Source: a virus
IMG/VR virus record: IMGVR_UViG_3300034989_000079
Direction: 5' to 3' (one strand)
Length of the DNA stretch: 50,192 bases
Below the pieces are notes generated by a model. That model was not told the origin of the DNA. It saw only the letters and a list, made by a program, of their open reading frames with translations, and made no database searches. Positions within the stretch are counted from its first letter, which is position 1, and each line of letters starts with the position of its first letter. Below are positions 1 through 9,695 of this stretch, piece after piece. Made by a program: the position numbers and the translations under genes.

Positions 1-697
1 TGATATATATGAGAGTTTAGTAAGAACTGGAGAAATTGATTTGTTTGTGCTTGATTCTATTGCTGCTATGACACCATCTGCAGAAATTGAGAATAGTTTA
101 GCTGAATGGCAACAAGGATTGCAAGCAAGATTGATTAATAAGTTTATTAGGAAAGTGCTATCTAGTATTACTTCTGTTATGAAGTCAAAAGGTAGAGCAC
201 CAACACATATTTGGATAAATCAATTTAGGGAAAAAATTGGTGGGTCATCATTTGGCGATAATCGTGTGATGACATCTGGTAAGGGACAATTGTTTTTTGC
301 TAGTACAATTGTAGAGTTTTGGACATCAAAATGGACTAAAGAGGAACAGGATAAAGATATTTTTGGTAAAGATTTAATGTCTGAAATTGGTACTAAAGTA
401 AAGGTTAGTTATAAGACTGAAAAGAATAAGACAGCACCTGCAAAACAAAAGGGTAGTTATTATATGTGGACTGCAGGGGATAATGCTGGAAAAATAGATG
501 AATTAAAATATGTTATTGGTATGGCTTCTAAATTAAATATGTATAGAGAAGTTGGAGAGGGTTCAAATAAGACATGGTATGTTGGTAATGAAAAATATAC
601 TAGAAAAAAGGATGCTATGGCTAGAATAGAAGAACCAGCTACTTTCGAAAAGCTTAGGAAGATTTTATTGGATAGGATATTAGATGGGAAAATATGA
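1..697 (+). CDS. RecA/UvsX-family recombinase, 5'-truncated by window edge
   Basis: Frame is open from nt 2 (DIYESLVRTGEIDLFVLDSIAAMTPSAEIE...GLQARLINKFIRK), matching the RecA core segment VDSVAAL-TPKAEIEG-GLQAR; the ORF-track start at 41 is an internal TTG. Confidence 0.7.
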   Translation, partial: DIYESLVRTGEIDLFVLDSIAAMTPSAEIENSLAEWQQGLQARLINKFIRKVLSSITSVMKSKGRAPTHIWINQFREKIGGSSFGDNRVMTSGKGQLFFASTIVEFWTSKWTKEEQDKDIFGKDLMSEIGTKVKVSYKTEKNKTAPAKQKGSYYMWTAGDNAGKIDELKYVIGMASKLNMYREVGEGSNKTWYVGNEKYTRKKDAMARIEEPATFEKLRKILLDRILDGKI

Positions 698-1058
698 ACC
701 TAGGAGATATATTGGTAGTAGTGGTGGAAGTCCAACAGAACAAGAGAATCGGTTAGCTAAAAGATTTGGTGGTAAGCGTGTTGGTGGGTCTGGTGCTAAT
801 TATCATTCAAAAGGAGATGTCAGGGATGTTTATGTGAGAGATAAAGAATTCTTGATTGAGGCAAAACAAACTAAAAAAGCAAGTATTTCTGTTAAATGGG
901 ACTGGTTAAAGAAAATTTCCAGAGAAGCAGAAGATAATAATTGCGAACCTGCATTGGCTATAGAAATAAAGGGAGGGGAATTTGATAGTACCACCGATAG
1001 GGATTGGGTAATGATTCCAGCAAGGGTTTTTGAGGAATTTAGAAGGTTGACAAAATGA
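684..1058 (+). CDS. Hjc-like (archaeal-type) Holliday junction resolvase, PD-(D/E)xK fold
   Basis: ENRLAKRFGGKRVGGSGANYHSKGDVRDVYVRDKEFLIEAKQTK fits the Hjc pattern E..L...G..V..SG....DV......E.K; ATGA-coupled to the recombinase gene. Confidence 0.5.
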   Translation: MGKYEPRRYIGSSGGSPTEQENRLAKRFGGKRVGGSGANYHSKGDVRDVYVRDKEFLIEAKQTKKASISVKWDWLKKISREAEDNNCEPALAIEIKGGEFDSTTDRDWVMIPARVFEEFRRLTK

Positions 1059-1435
1059 GAACTACATTAGAAGAAGATTTCAAAAAAATAGGTATGGATA
1101 TTGGTGGTGAAGAATTTGCAGAAATGGCATATCATATGCCTAAAAGTGATGATTTTATAAAAATAAAAGAAGTAACAAGGGTTAGTATTAATCCTGGTGA
1201 TATGTTGGTTGTTCATATTGATACTGAAGGATTACCAGCAAATCGTTTGTCTGAATCTGTAATTGGAAAAGTATCTAATGATTTGAAGAAATTATATGGT
1301 AAAGATATTAAAGTTATGATTTGTGATGAAAGAACAAGAGTTGAAGTTGTAAAGAAGAACAGTAAAATAAAAAGAGAGTACAGAAAAAGAGAGTACAAAA
1401 AGACAAAAATAGAAATGGGTATATGGAAGAGTTGA
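1055..1435 (+). CDS. hypothetical protein (K/E-rich C-terminus)
   Basis: co-oriented ORF, ATGA overlap with upstream gene. Confidence 0.5.
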   Translation: MRTTLEEDFKKIGMDIGGEEFAEMAYHMPKSDDFIKIKEVTRVSINPGDMLVVHIDTEGLPANRLSESVIGKVSNDLKKLYGKDIKVMICDERTRVEVVKKNSKIKREYRKREYKKTKIEMGIWKS

Positions 1436-1500
1436 TAGAGTTAAGTTGATTTTTGAGTATTAAAATATAGATAGTTGAAAAGATTAAAGGATAAGGTTTT

Positions 1501-2271
1501 ATGGGAGATAAGAGTGCGATTCATTGGACTGATGCAACATTAAATCCAGTGACGGGTTGTTCAAAGGTTAGTCCAGAATGTGATAATTGTTATGCTGAAA
1601 AAATGGCTATGCGATTGAAAGCAATGGGTCAGAAAAATTATGAGGATGGATTTGATGTTCGTTGTCATCCAGATATGCTTAAAAAATTAGGTGAATGGAC
1701 TAGACCTAGATGGGTTTTTATATGTTCGATGGGAGACCCTTTTCATTCTGAAGTACCATTTAGTTTTATTGATGATATGCATGATGCAATGAATAAATAT
1801 AATCATCATAAGTATATTGTTTTGACAAAAAGAGCTCAGAGAATGAATAGATATTTTCAAGAAAGGAATGGATTTCTTGACCATGTTTGGTACGGTGTAT
1901 CTGTTGGATTGAGACAAACAGTTAATAGAATTAATATTTTGAGAGGTACGAATGTTGAACATAAATTTGTATCTTTTGAACCATTAATTGGTGATATTTT
2001 TAGTCCTTATGTTACTCCAGTAGAGGATGATTTTTTTAATCTTCGTGGGATTGAATGGGTGATTATTGGTGGAGAATCTGGTCAAAAAGCAAGGGAAATG
2101 AACGAAAATAATGCTGAGAAGATTGTGTCATATGCTAAACTTCTTGGTTGTAGGGTTTTTTTCAAGCAGATGGGGACTGTTTGGGCAAAGAAAAATGGTT
2201 CTAAAAGTAGAAAAGGTGATATTGTTGATGAATGGCCAATGTGGGCCAGGATAAGAGAGATGCCATGTTGA
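1501..2271 (+). CDS. Phage Gp37/Gp68-family protein (PF07505-like)
   Basis: N-terminus IHWTDATLNPVTGCSKVSPECDNCYAEKMAMRL matches the family signature IEWTDATWNPVTGC.KVS.GC..CYAE; RBS aaaggataagg upstream. Confidence 0.65.
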   Translation: MGDKSAIHWTDATLNPVTGCSKVSPECDNCYAEKMAMRLKAMGQKNYEDGFDVRCHPDMLKKLGEWTRPRWVFICSMGDPFHSEVPFSFIDDMHDAMNKYNHHKYIVLTKRAQRMNRYFQERNGFLDHVWYGVSVGLRQTVNRINILRGTNVEHKFVSFEPLIGDIFSPYVTPVEDDFFNLRGIEWVIIGGESGQKAREMNENNAEKIVSYAKLLGCRVFFKQMGTVWAKKNGSKSRKGDIVDEWPMWARIREMPC

Positions 2272-2355
2272 TAAATAATAATGAACAAAAAGAAGGCTGC
2301 AAGATAAATGTTATGTTTTGATATTTGATGAGATTTCAAAGAAAGGAAAAGTATA

Positions 2356-2892
2356 ATGAGTGAAGAGTTTAGTGATATAAAATATTTTACAGACAAATTA
2401 TATTCTGCTTTAGGTATTCAAAAGGAGTTAGTGAGTAAGGATAATGAATCATCTTACGTGAAACAGGATGAATATGAATATTTATTATTTAATCCTATTC
2501 AGCCGATGACACGACCAACATGTGATATATTTCATTGGGATTTTTTGATAGATAAGCATAGAAGACCATGTCCATTTCCTGAAAAATTAGGTGTTTATGT
2601 TTTGAAGGAAGGATATGAAATAAATGCTTTAAGTACATTAAGAAGGCATATACGATGGAATGGTTTTCAATTTATATGTAGTGATTTTCGTGATAGAAAA
2701 GGTAATATTTATTATCGTCAGTTTTTATTGGGTGTTAAAGAACCTAGTATAGGTTATGTGTGGGAACATATTGAGAATGGTATTGATGAGTATAAAAATG
2801 CTGAATTGGATGAAAAATATTTGAAGAAAAAAGAACCATCTGTTTTGTTTGACCCATATTATTTAGGGGGAAGGAAAGGGAATTTATGGTGA
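2356..2892 (+). CDS. hypothetical protein
   Basis: ORF in tiled + strand array; RBS gaaaggaaaag upstream. Confidence 0.5.
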   Translation: MSEEFSDIKYFTDKLYSALGIQKELVSKDNESSYVKQDEYEYLLFNPIQPMTRPTCDIFHWDFLIDKHRRPCPFPEKLGVYVLKEGYEINALSTLRRHIRWNGFQFICSDFRDRKGNIYYRQFLLGVKEPSIGYVWEHIENGIDEYKNAELDEKYLKKKEPSVLFDPYYLGGRKGNLW

Positions 2893-2896
2893 TATT

Positions 2897-3457
2897 ATGG
2901 GTGAATATGATCAAATATTGATAGGTATGCCTCGAGATAAGGCAATTTTGTGTTTGAGAAAATTGGGTGATAATATTGAGCCTGTAGAACAAGAGGTTTT
3001 AGACAATAAAAATGGAGAATTAATTAAATTTCAGGCATATGATTTTGTGATTCATTTGTTTGAAAGTAATAATGATACAGAGAAATTTATATGTTTGTTA
3101 CAAAAATGGATTGAAAATGTTGAATGGTCAAAGAAATTGATAGCAAGTAGAAATATAGAATCAGTTAAAGATGGTGATGATTTTAAAAATATACATGTAT
3201 TAATGATTAGATTATGGGTTAGTGATAAACATTATGCTGATTCTTTTAAGATTGCTGCTAATGTTATTAGGGAAAAGCTTTTACAAAAATTGGATGACCC
3301 TATTAGTGTTGGCAAAAATTTAAGTTCAATGTTTAGAGAAAAAGGATGGGTTTGTAAGTGTGGGCATCTGAATTCTATAGATCATAATATATGTGTTAAT
3401 TGTTTATCATTTAATAATAATGGTAGTAGCAAAAAGAAAAATATGAAGTTTAATTGA
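2897..3457 (+). CDS. hypothetical protein with C-terminal zinc ribbon (CKCGH...CVNC)
   Basis: ORF tiling; Cys4 motif at C-terminus. Confidence 0.5.
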   Translation: MGEYDQILIGMPRDKAILCLRKLGDNIEPVEQEVLDNKNGELIKFQAYDFVIHLFESNNDTEKFICLLQKWIENVEWSKKLIASRNIESVKDGDDFKNIHVLMIRLWVSDKHYADSFKIAANVIREKLLQKLDDPISVGKNLSSMFREKGWVCKCGHLNSIDHNICVNCLSFNNNGSSKKKNMKFN

Positions 3458-3527
3458 ATTTGGATTCATATTGTGTAAATAGGGAAAGTAGGCGAACTCG
3501 AGTTCGTAGTTGAAAGGATTATAAAAA

Positions 3528-3899
3528 ATGTTTGCATGTACAAGATTTGAGACAAAACAGATTATGGATGGTAAGGCTTGTGGTATTGTTAGGAAATATG
3601 GTGATAATTGTCCACATGTTAGGGGAGGGGAAATTGTTTTGACTTCAAAATTTATAGATGGTCAAAGAAATATGCCATTCGCTAAAATAGAAGTGCAGAC
3701 GGTTAGACCCGGTACTGTTGGTATGTTTAGGAGAGATCCGATTATTTCAGAAATGGATGGATATGCCAATGGTGAGCATTGGGTGGGGCAGATGAGACAG
3801 CTTTATCCTGGTATTTCTAATGAGGATAAGGTTTTTCATATAAAGTTTTTTATTAAGGAAATGGACAAGGATGCCGGAAGAAGGGGTGATATTAATTAA
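3528..3899 (+). CDS. hypothetical protein, possible PUA/ASCH-like fold
   Basis: ORF preceded by palindrome copy 1; weak resemblance to ASCH N-termini (FETKQIMDGKACGIVRK). Confidence 0.4.
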   Translation: MFACTRFETKQIMDGKACGIVRKYGDNCPHVRGGEIVLTSKFIDGQRNMPFAKIEVQTVRPGTVGMFRRDPIISEMDGYANGEHWVGQMRQLYPGISNEDKVFHIKFFIKEMDKDAGRRGDIN

Positions 3900-3965
3900 A
3901 TTTTTGGTTTACTAACTATTTTTTGTGTAGTATTGTGTAAATGCTGATTGTTGTCAGGAGGCTGA

Positions 3966-5003
3966 ATGTTAGGAAATGTTATATGTAAAAAAAGTATTGA
4001 TGAAGCTAAAGAAAATTTTACAATTGTTCGTTCTACAAGTGTTCAAGATTTATTATTAGAAAAATGGAGTAAGAATAACTCTGATAGTAGATTAGCGACA
4101 TTAGTTCCACAAGATGAAACATGGAAAGAATTTTGGCTTTATGCTTCTGGTACAAAATATTGGTGTCCTAGATTATGTGCTATTAAGTCTTTTGTTAAAA
4201 TAAATGATATCGTAAATGCTGAAGGACTTTGGAATATGGAATACGGTAAAGCCGTTCATTCTGTATTTCAAAAGTCAGCTTTACCCAGTTTGGGTGTAAA
4301 ATTTTTAGGTGCATGGAAAAAATATTTTCCACTAGAGGTTCCAATCGGTAAAGATTTTGAGCATAAAATTTTTAAACTTGTTAGGTCTAGTTTTTGGAAT
4401 CAAGTAAATGATGATGAAGATCGTCATATTGTTAGGGGTTGGGGTACCAAGCCGGAAGGTAAAGATTGGGAATATGATGAGGTGAAAATCAGGATGTTAA
4501 AGTATCGTATAGTATCAAAATTGGATGCGATACTTTTGATTGATGATGAAGAAGAAGTTTTTGAGCTCAAAACAGAGAAAGTAACAGCAAGGGATGACTT
4601 GGACCCATGTTTAGGTGGTGCTGCAAGGATAGATCATGTTAATCAAGTGCAATTAGGAATGTGGGCTACTGGTATTCATAGGTCACGTATAGGTTATAAA
4701 TTTAAAGAAGTACCATATTTTAAGTCATCATTAATGGAACATCAGATTTTATATGATGAAAGTATTGTTGAGAGATTGAAAAGATTAGCGTTGATGTGTG
4801 TAGAAGCTGTCAGGATGTGCGATAAATATAAAATGGAGGTAGAGGGCGGTAAGCCTTTTTTCAAGGATGAGGCGTCCTTGTATGGATGGTTAGAGGATAG
4901 ATTCGATAGACTTCAAGATTGTCAGTTAAAGAGTAAGGGTAGACCTAAATATTGTCCTGGTAGAGATATTTGTTTTCCTAAAGGATATAGACGTAAAAAA
5001 TAA
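3966..5003 (+). CDS. PD-(D/E)xK nuclease, Cas4/RecB-family-like exonuclease with candidate Fe-S cysteines
   Basis: KLDAILLIDDEEEVFELKTEK (D...ExK), QLGMW (QxxxY-like), N-terminal CPRLC and C-terminal C..CPGRDIC cysteines; RBS caggagg. Confidence 0.45.
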   Translation: MLGNVICKKSIDEAKENFTIVRSTSVQDLLLEKWSKNNSDSRLATLVPQDETWKEFWLYASGTKYWCPRLCAIKSFVKINDIVNAEGLWNMEYGKAVHSVFQKSALPSLGVKFLGAWKKYFPLEVPIGKDFEHKIFKLVRSSFWNQVNDDEDRHIVRGWGTKPEGKDWEYDEVKIRMLKYRIVSKLDAILLIDDEEEVFELKTEKVTARDDLDPCLGGAARIDHVNQVQLGMWATGIHRSRIGYKFKEVPYFKSSLMEHQILYDESIVERLKRLALMCVEAVRMCDKYKMEVEGGKPFFKDEASLYGWLEDRFDRLQDCQLKSKGRPKYCPGRDICFPKGYRRKK

Positions 5004-5023
5004 AATAGTTGGGAGATTGAGTT

Positions 5024-5572
5024 GTGGCTGTTTTTTGTGGTGTTGACCCTGGTACAAACAAAAGTGGATTTGTGTTATTTGATAATGTAGATGATAAGAT
5101 TATTTTTTCTAGTGAACTTGAAAATGAAATTGTTCGTTCCATATTAAGAGTGGAAGGTGATTTCCCTCGGATTCCTGATGTTAAGACATGGGAAGCTTTT
5201 TTTATTGAAGACATTGAGTCAATGGGTTTGGTGGTTGGCAAGTCAACTTTCCAAACGGTAAAATGGATAGGTAGATTCGTTGAGGCTTACGAATATAGCA
5301 CCATGAAAAAATCTATCGAAATTTTAAGGGGAGATGAAAAAATAACATTGTGTGGAGCGAGAACATTTGTTAATCCTAAAACTGGTAGTAGGAAAGCGGT
5401 TACTGATGCGAATATAAAAAGTGCCGTGATTGATAGATTTTTACCATTAGGTGGAGGTAAGATACCGCAAGTGGGTACCAAAAAAGAACCTGGTCCATTA
5501 TATGGAGTGAAGGGTCACTGTTGGCAGGCACTTGCTGTTTTGATAACTGGGTTAGAAAATTTAAAGAAATGA
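5024..5572 (+). CDS. RuvC-like (RNase H fold) Holliday junction resolvase
   Basis: GTG start with RBS gggaga; FCGVDPGTNKSGFVLFD matches the RuvC motif GIDPG...G; acidic FIEDIES and C-terminal GHCWQALAVLIT resemble RuvC catalytic segments. Confidence 0.5.
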   Translation: MAVFCGVDPGTNKSGFVLFDNVDDKIIFSSELENEIVRSILRVEGDFPRIPDVKTWEAFFIEDIESMGLVVGKSTFQTVKWIGRFVEAYEYSTMKKSIEILRGDEKITLCGARTFVNPKTGSRKAVTDANIKSAVIDRFLPLGGGKIPQVGTKKEPGPLYGVKGHCWQALAVLITGLENLKK

Positions 5573-5606
5573 TGGTTTTGTGCCAGACAACAGAAAGGGC
5601 TGTACG

Positions 5607-6497
5607 ATGAGCGATGAACAAGGAATTCAAAAAGTGAACGAAGCAGGATTGACCGTTGTTAACAACAATGATGGTTCGGGTTCGGTAGGTGATGTAGAAA
5701 ATGCCAATATTGTTGATGTTGAATTTGCTGATATCAGAGAAAAGGTGTTGGAGTTAAAAAATAAAGCTGAAGAAAATTATTGGGAGTTAGGAGTTGTTTT
5801 AGCTGATGTTTATACTAATAACAGATATCGTTCTTGGGGTTTTGATTCTTGGAAAGAATATGTTGAGCAAGAGTTAGATTTTACACTTCGCAAAGCTCAA
5901 TATCTTGTAAAATTGCAAGCATGGTTTGAAAATATGACACCTGCTATGCAGGCTTTTTTTAGAGGTATTGGTTGGGCAAAATGCAGATTGCTGATGGGAT
6001 TCGTAGTTAAGGAGAATGCTAAATCTTGGAAAAAGCGTGTGGAAGGTAAAACATTTAAACAAATAGAAGAAATGATTTCTCGAGCCAAAAAAGAAGAGAA
6101 AGGAATAACCTCTGGTGGAGATGGGTCTGGTGGAGATGGTCAAGAAGGACAGCAATCTACTGGAGAGACTTTAGTTCGTAGAGCATTTAGTCTTTATAGT
6201 GGACAAGATGAAGTTGTTACAAATGCGATAAATCGTGCCAAGGATATTGGTGAGACTGATAAAGATGGTCATGCATTGTCTCTAGTATGTATGGATTATT
6301 TAGCGTCAAGTACAAATTTGATAGATACGATTTCCTTATTTAGGCACATGGAAGATATCACGGGATATCGGATTATTGCGTTTAAGTCGGTAGATGGAGA
6401 AAAGGACCAAATTGTATTCGGTAACGAATATCTGGTAGATTTAGTTGATGAATCGGAAGGGGATTCTGAATCGGAAGGGGATTCTGGTCAAGAATAA
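5607..6497 (+). CDS. hypothetical DNA-binding protein (DUF3102-like region), Gly/Asp linker and acidic C-terminal SEGD repeats
   Basis: YWELGVVLADVY...WKEYVEQELDFTLRKAQYLVKLQ resembles DUF3102; alternative GTG start at 5580; 18-bp tandem repeat at the 3' end. Confidence 0.4.
   Translation: MSDEQGIQKVNEAGLTVVNNNDGSGSVGDVENANIVDVEFADIREKVLELKNKAEENYWELGVVLADVYTNNRYRSWGFDSWKEYVEQELDFTLRKAQYLVKLQAWFENMTPAMQAFFRGIGWAKCRLLMGFVVKENAKSWKKRVEGKTFKQIEEMISRAKKEEKGITSGGDGSGGDGQEGQQSTGETLVRRAFSLYSGQDEVVTNAINRAKDIGETDKDGHALSLVCMDYLASSTNLIDTISLFRHMEDITGYRIIAFKSVDGEKDQIVFGNEYLVDLVDESEGDSESEGDSGQE
6450..6485 (+). repeat. 18-bp direct tandem repeat x2 (gaatcggaaggggattct) encoding ESEGDS-ESEGDS
   Basis: seen directly in sequence. 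Confidence 0.8.
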
Positions 6498-6504
6498 AAA
6501 AGTG

Positions 6505-6532
6505 TTGACAAACGCTGTTATTGCCTTAAAAT
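6505..6532 (+). promoter_or_regulatory. sigma70-type promoter: TTGACA, 16-nt spacer, TAAAAT, with upstream A-tract (aaaaagtgTTGACAaac)
   Basis: consensus -35/-10 hexamers in the 120-nt intergenic region upstream of the 6619 gene. Confidence 0.55.
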
Positions 6533-6618
6533 TAATTAAGATGGCTTGCAAGATGCAAGATTTTTTTAAAATGTTGGTTTTCATGTAAGAAAATATTTTT
6601 AATAAAGAGGGTAATAAA

Positions 6619-7116
6619 ATGAATGCTTTTAGATGGAAAGAAACATGGAGAGATAATTGTGAATTTGATTGGCTTGATGACATGAAAGATTGTGATGAGG
6701 CTATAGAATCTTTGAGAATGCATATTCAAAATTGTGACAGAAAATATGATTTAAAAAGTATTTACAATGCTGAAGATTTAATTTTGGATATTGAAGATGA
6801 GAAAGTTGAAAGAGAGTTTTGTCCGGAATGGCCAACAAATGAACAAGTGGAAAAATATTGTGGGGTTTATCCGTGTCTTGAGTATGTTTCACGTGAAACA
6901 TTTCGAAGAACAGGAGAGGCATGGAAATTGACACCTCAATTGCTTAAGACAAGGTGGACGTCAGAATTGGATTTTATTCAATGGTCACTAGTTATGCATA
7001 GTTTTTCTCCTCAAGAGGTAAGGATTGAGCCAATGCCTGTTAAGCCTGTTAATGTATTACAAAAAAGAGAAAGAGAGATTAATATAGGATGGGATCCTTA
7101 TGACTTGGGTTATTGA
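6619..7116 (+). CDS. hypothetical protein
   Basis: ORF with RBS aaagagggtaataaaATG. Confidence 0.55.
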   Translation: MNAFRWKETWRDNCEFDWLDDMKDCDEAIESLRMHIQNCDRKYDLKSIYNAEDLILDIEDEKVEREFCPEWPTNEQVEKYCGVYPCLEYVSRETFRRTGEAWKLTPQLLKTRWTSELDFIQWSLVMHSFSPQEVRIEPMPVKPVNVLQKREREINIGWDPYDLGY

Positions 7117-7144
7117 TAATATTTGATAAGTTTGGTTTTAATTT

Positions 7145-7230
7145 TACGCAAAAAGGTAAATAAAGTACGCAATTTTTTCTATTTGAAATCATTGGGTTTT
7201 TTAAGGTACGCAATTTTTTCACGCAAAAAG
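7145..7230. repeat. iteron-like cluster: GTACGCAATTTTTTC x2 and ACGCAAAAAG x2 ((T/C)ACGCAA x4) in a 213-nt intergenic region
   Basis: direct repeats at 7146-7155, 7165-7179, 7207-7221, 7221-7230. Confidence 0.6.
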
Positions 7231-7329
7231 TATCCATTCTGTCCTAAAAAAACTAATGATTTTGTGCTCATAAATTTGGCATGAAGAATGCAACCTATTG
7301 TTGGCAGTTGCTGATGAAAGGATGATAAA

Positions 7330-7545
7330 ATGACTATAGCCAAACAAAAAGAATCTATTCGATTCAATACCGTGATTCGGTTTCGCCGTGGAAAGAGCGG
7401 GTCAGGTAGGGACCTTGTCGGTGCTAATGGTCGTGTGTCGTGCTTGGATACGGACCCCCATTATGCGTGGGTATATGTCGATGGTTGGGTGCCTGTGGAG
7501 CGTGTCCCCATAACATGGTTTAAGATTATTCGTCAATGGGGATGA
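7330..7545 (+). CDS. hypothetical small basic protein; locally GC-rich (~50%) compared with ~33% surroundings
   Basis: ORF with RBS aaaggatgataaaATG; compositional outlier. Confidence 0.5.
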   Translation: MTIAKQKESIRFNTVIRFRRGKSGSGRDLVGANGRVSCLDTDPHYAWVYVDGWVPVERVPITWFKIIRQWG

Positions 7546-7548
7546 TAG

Positions 7549-8178
7549 ATGGAAAAGTTATATAAATATCCTAGAACATTTCATTTTCCTTGGTCTGAGA
7601 CAGTTGCTTCAGATGATAAGGTGTTGACTGATATATCATGTTTTGTTGGGTCTGAAATTGTTGTTACTGAGAAAATGGACGGTGAGAATTGTACCATGTA
7701 TAGAGACCATATTCATGCCAGAAGCATTGATGGGTTATTTCATCCTAGTAGAGCATGGGTAAAAAATATGTGGGCTGATATTAGGTATGATATACCGGTT
7801 GGTTGGAGGATTTGTGGAGAAAATTTGTATGCAAAACATTCTATAAGTTATCTTAATTTGAAGTCATATTTTTATGGGTTTTCAATATGGAATGAGAACA
7901 ATGTTTGCTTATCTTGGGATGAAACTATTGAATGGTTTGAACTTTTAGGGATTGTTCATGTTCCAGTTTTGTATAGGGGGGAATTTGATGTTGATGTTCT
8001 GAAAGATTTATCAATTAATAAAGATAAACAAGAGGGATATGTTGTTAGACATGCTTGTTCCTTTCGATATGATGAATTCAAGAAAAGGGTGGCCAAATTT
8101 GTAAGGTCAAATCATGTCAAAACTGATGAACATTGGATGCATAGTAAGGTTGAGAAGAATTTATTGATGGAGGGTTGA
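7549..8178 (+). CDS. RNA ligase (PF09414-type small ATP-dependent RNA ligase)
   Basis: KYPRTFHFPWS, adenylation motif I VVTEKMDGEN, motif IV EGYVVRH, motif V KRVAKFVR. Confidence 0.7.
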   Translation: MEKLYKYPRTFHFPWSETVASDDKVLTDISCFVGSEIVVTEKMDGENCTMYRDHIHARSIDGLFHPSRAWVKNMWADIRYDIPVGWRICGENLYAKHSISYLNLKSYFYGFSIWNENNVCLSWDETIEWFELLGIVHVPVLYRGEFDVDVLKDLSINKDKQEGYVVRHACSFRYDEFKKRVAKFVRSNHVKTDEHWMHSKVEKNLLMEG

Positions 8179-8179
8179 G

Positions 8180-8617
8180 ATGGATATTGAAAAAGTAAGA
8201 AAATATTGTGATGAAGAAATCGAGACAGATGAAGAAGGAAATGAATGTGAATGTCAGAAGAAATTGTTTTTTATCGAAGTTACATTTGGGGGGGATAAAG
8301 GTTGTCTTTCTGATTTGATAGATGGTATTTATTATGGGATGGAAAGTGGAAATTTTGATTTTAGCAAAATGCTTAGTGTAGTTGAATGTGATTGTTATTG
8401 GATAGAGAAACATGAGTATTCAGGAGAAGATGTTGTAGCTTTTGATACTGATGAATATACTACTACAGCATGTTTAGATTGGGTTTTTGAGGATAGAAAA
8501 AGTGCTGAAGAACAAGTTGCTAAGATAGGATACGATTTTTTCAAAAGAGGATTTGAGTATTTTAGTAAACAAATACTGGATGTTGATTCTAAAAAACTAT
8601 GGGATATGGGTAGATAA
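8180..8617 (+). CDS. hypothetical acidic protein
   Basis: ORF tiling. Confidence 0.5.
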   Translation: MDIEKVRKYCDEEIETDEEGNECECQKKLFFIEVTFGGDKGCLSDLIDGIYYGMESGNFDFSKMLSVVECDCYWIEKHEYSGEDVVAFDTDEYTTTACLDWVFEDRKSAEEQVAKIGYDFFKRGFEYFSKQILDVDSKKLWDMGR

Positions 8618-9084
8618 TGAACAAAAAAACGATAACAGTAAAAATGGGATATGTTGATAGACCAAATAAAAATGGATTTATTATTCCTAAGAAAGTTATG
8701 GAACATGCTATAAAAGAGAAATTTAAGGATAGTACTGTTTGGGGAATGCTTGGATGTACTTTGGATGGTAGGATTCAACTATCAAAAGTAACTCATTGTA
8801 TTAAAGAACCTCCTGTTATAGAAGGAGATGAAATCATAGGAGAGATTTTATTAATGGAACATTCAGATATAAATCCTGATATTGGGATTGTTGAAGCTAT
8901 GGATGAGATTGTATGTGCTCCATGTGGATATGGTACCGTTAAAGACCGTGGAGATGGGGTGATGGAGGTTCAACCAGGTTATGAATTGATTTCTTTCAAT
9001 ATTGTTGCTCCAGATATTGGAACAGAAGAATCTGATAAGATTGTTGATAAATTTCTAAAAAATAGGATTAAGAAATATGAATAA
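8617..9084 (+). CDS. hypothetical protein
   Basis: ORF tiling, ATGA overlap. Confidence 0.5.
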   Translation: MNKKTITVKMGYVDRPNKNGFIIPKKVMEHAIKEKFKDSTVWGMLGCTLDGRIQLSKVTHCIKEPPVIEGDEIIGEILLMEHSDINPDIGIVEAMDEIVCAPCGYGTVKDRGDGVMEVQPGYELISFNIVAPDIGTEESDKIVDKFLKNRIKKYE

Positions 9085-9433
9085 ACAGACAGCTAGAAAA
9101 ATTGCTTATCGAAGAGCATGGTTGATTTTACAGTCAACTTTAGAGGCTGGATGGGAACCAAATGAATTGGGTAGCCATGATTATTCAAAAGTTGAATGTA
9201 GGAAGATTTTAATGGAGGTTGAAAATATATGTGAATATCTTTATAAAAAATCGAAAGGAAATCCAGAACAAAATTTGATTTATAATAAAGTGATGGAAAA
9301 TGAAGATGAGGAATCTTGGGAGCAAGAAAGAATTGAAGCTGCTGAAAATATAGAAACTGGACATTGTGTTGATGGTCCATGTGCTTGTCCAAGATGTGTG
9401 GAAGCATATTTGGGAAAGTATAATATGGAATGA
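9077..9433 (+). CDS. hypothetical protein (C-terminal Cys cluster)
   Basis: ORF tiling. Confidence 0.5.
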   Translation: MNKQTARKIAYRRAWLILQSTLEAGWEPNELGSHDYSKVECRKILMEVENICEYLYKKSKGNPEQNLIYNKVMENEDEESWEQERIEAAENIETGHCVDGPCACPRCVEAYLGKYNME

Positions 9434-9615
9434 CAATTTTAATAAATAAAAAAATTGAAGTTAAAGATTTTGCTTCTGTTTATTATGGATATACTGGATG
9501 TATAATAGAAAATTATGGAGATGAAATAATAGTAGACTTTTGGCCAGAATTGAATATCAAGGATTCATTTAGAAAATTGAAAAGAGACCAAATAAGATTT
9601 TTGGATGAGATTTGA
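9430..9615 (+). CDS. hypothetical small protein
   Basis: ORF tiling, ATGA overlap. Confidence 0.4.
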   Translation: MTILINKKIEVKDFASVYYGYTGCIIENYGDEIIVDFWPELNIKDSFRKLKRDQIRFLDEI

Positions 9616-9695
9616 TGAAAGGATGTGTTTAGATGGGAAACAATATGATTGAATTGGCTAAGCAGCAAACTAGAAGATAGTTATAGATAATTAGG

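Noticed and set aside
8395-8778. Minus-strand 127-aa ORF, and similar minus ORFs at 1213, 1687, 2082, 2744, 4978, 5287, 5400, 5874, 6441, 9093, 9209 and elsewhere
   Set aside because: All lie antisense to the tiled + strand genes. They are typical spurious ORFs of AT-rich DNA, with biased low-complexity translations.
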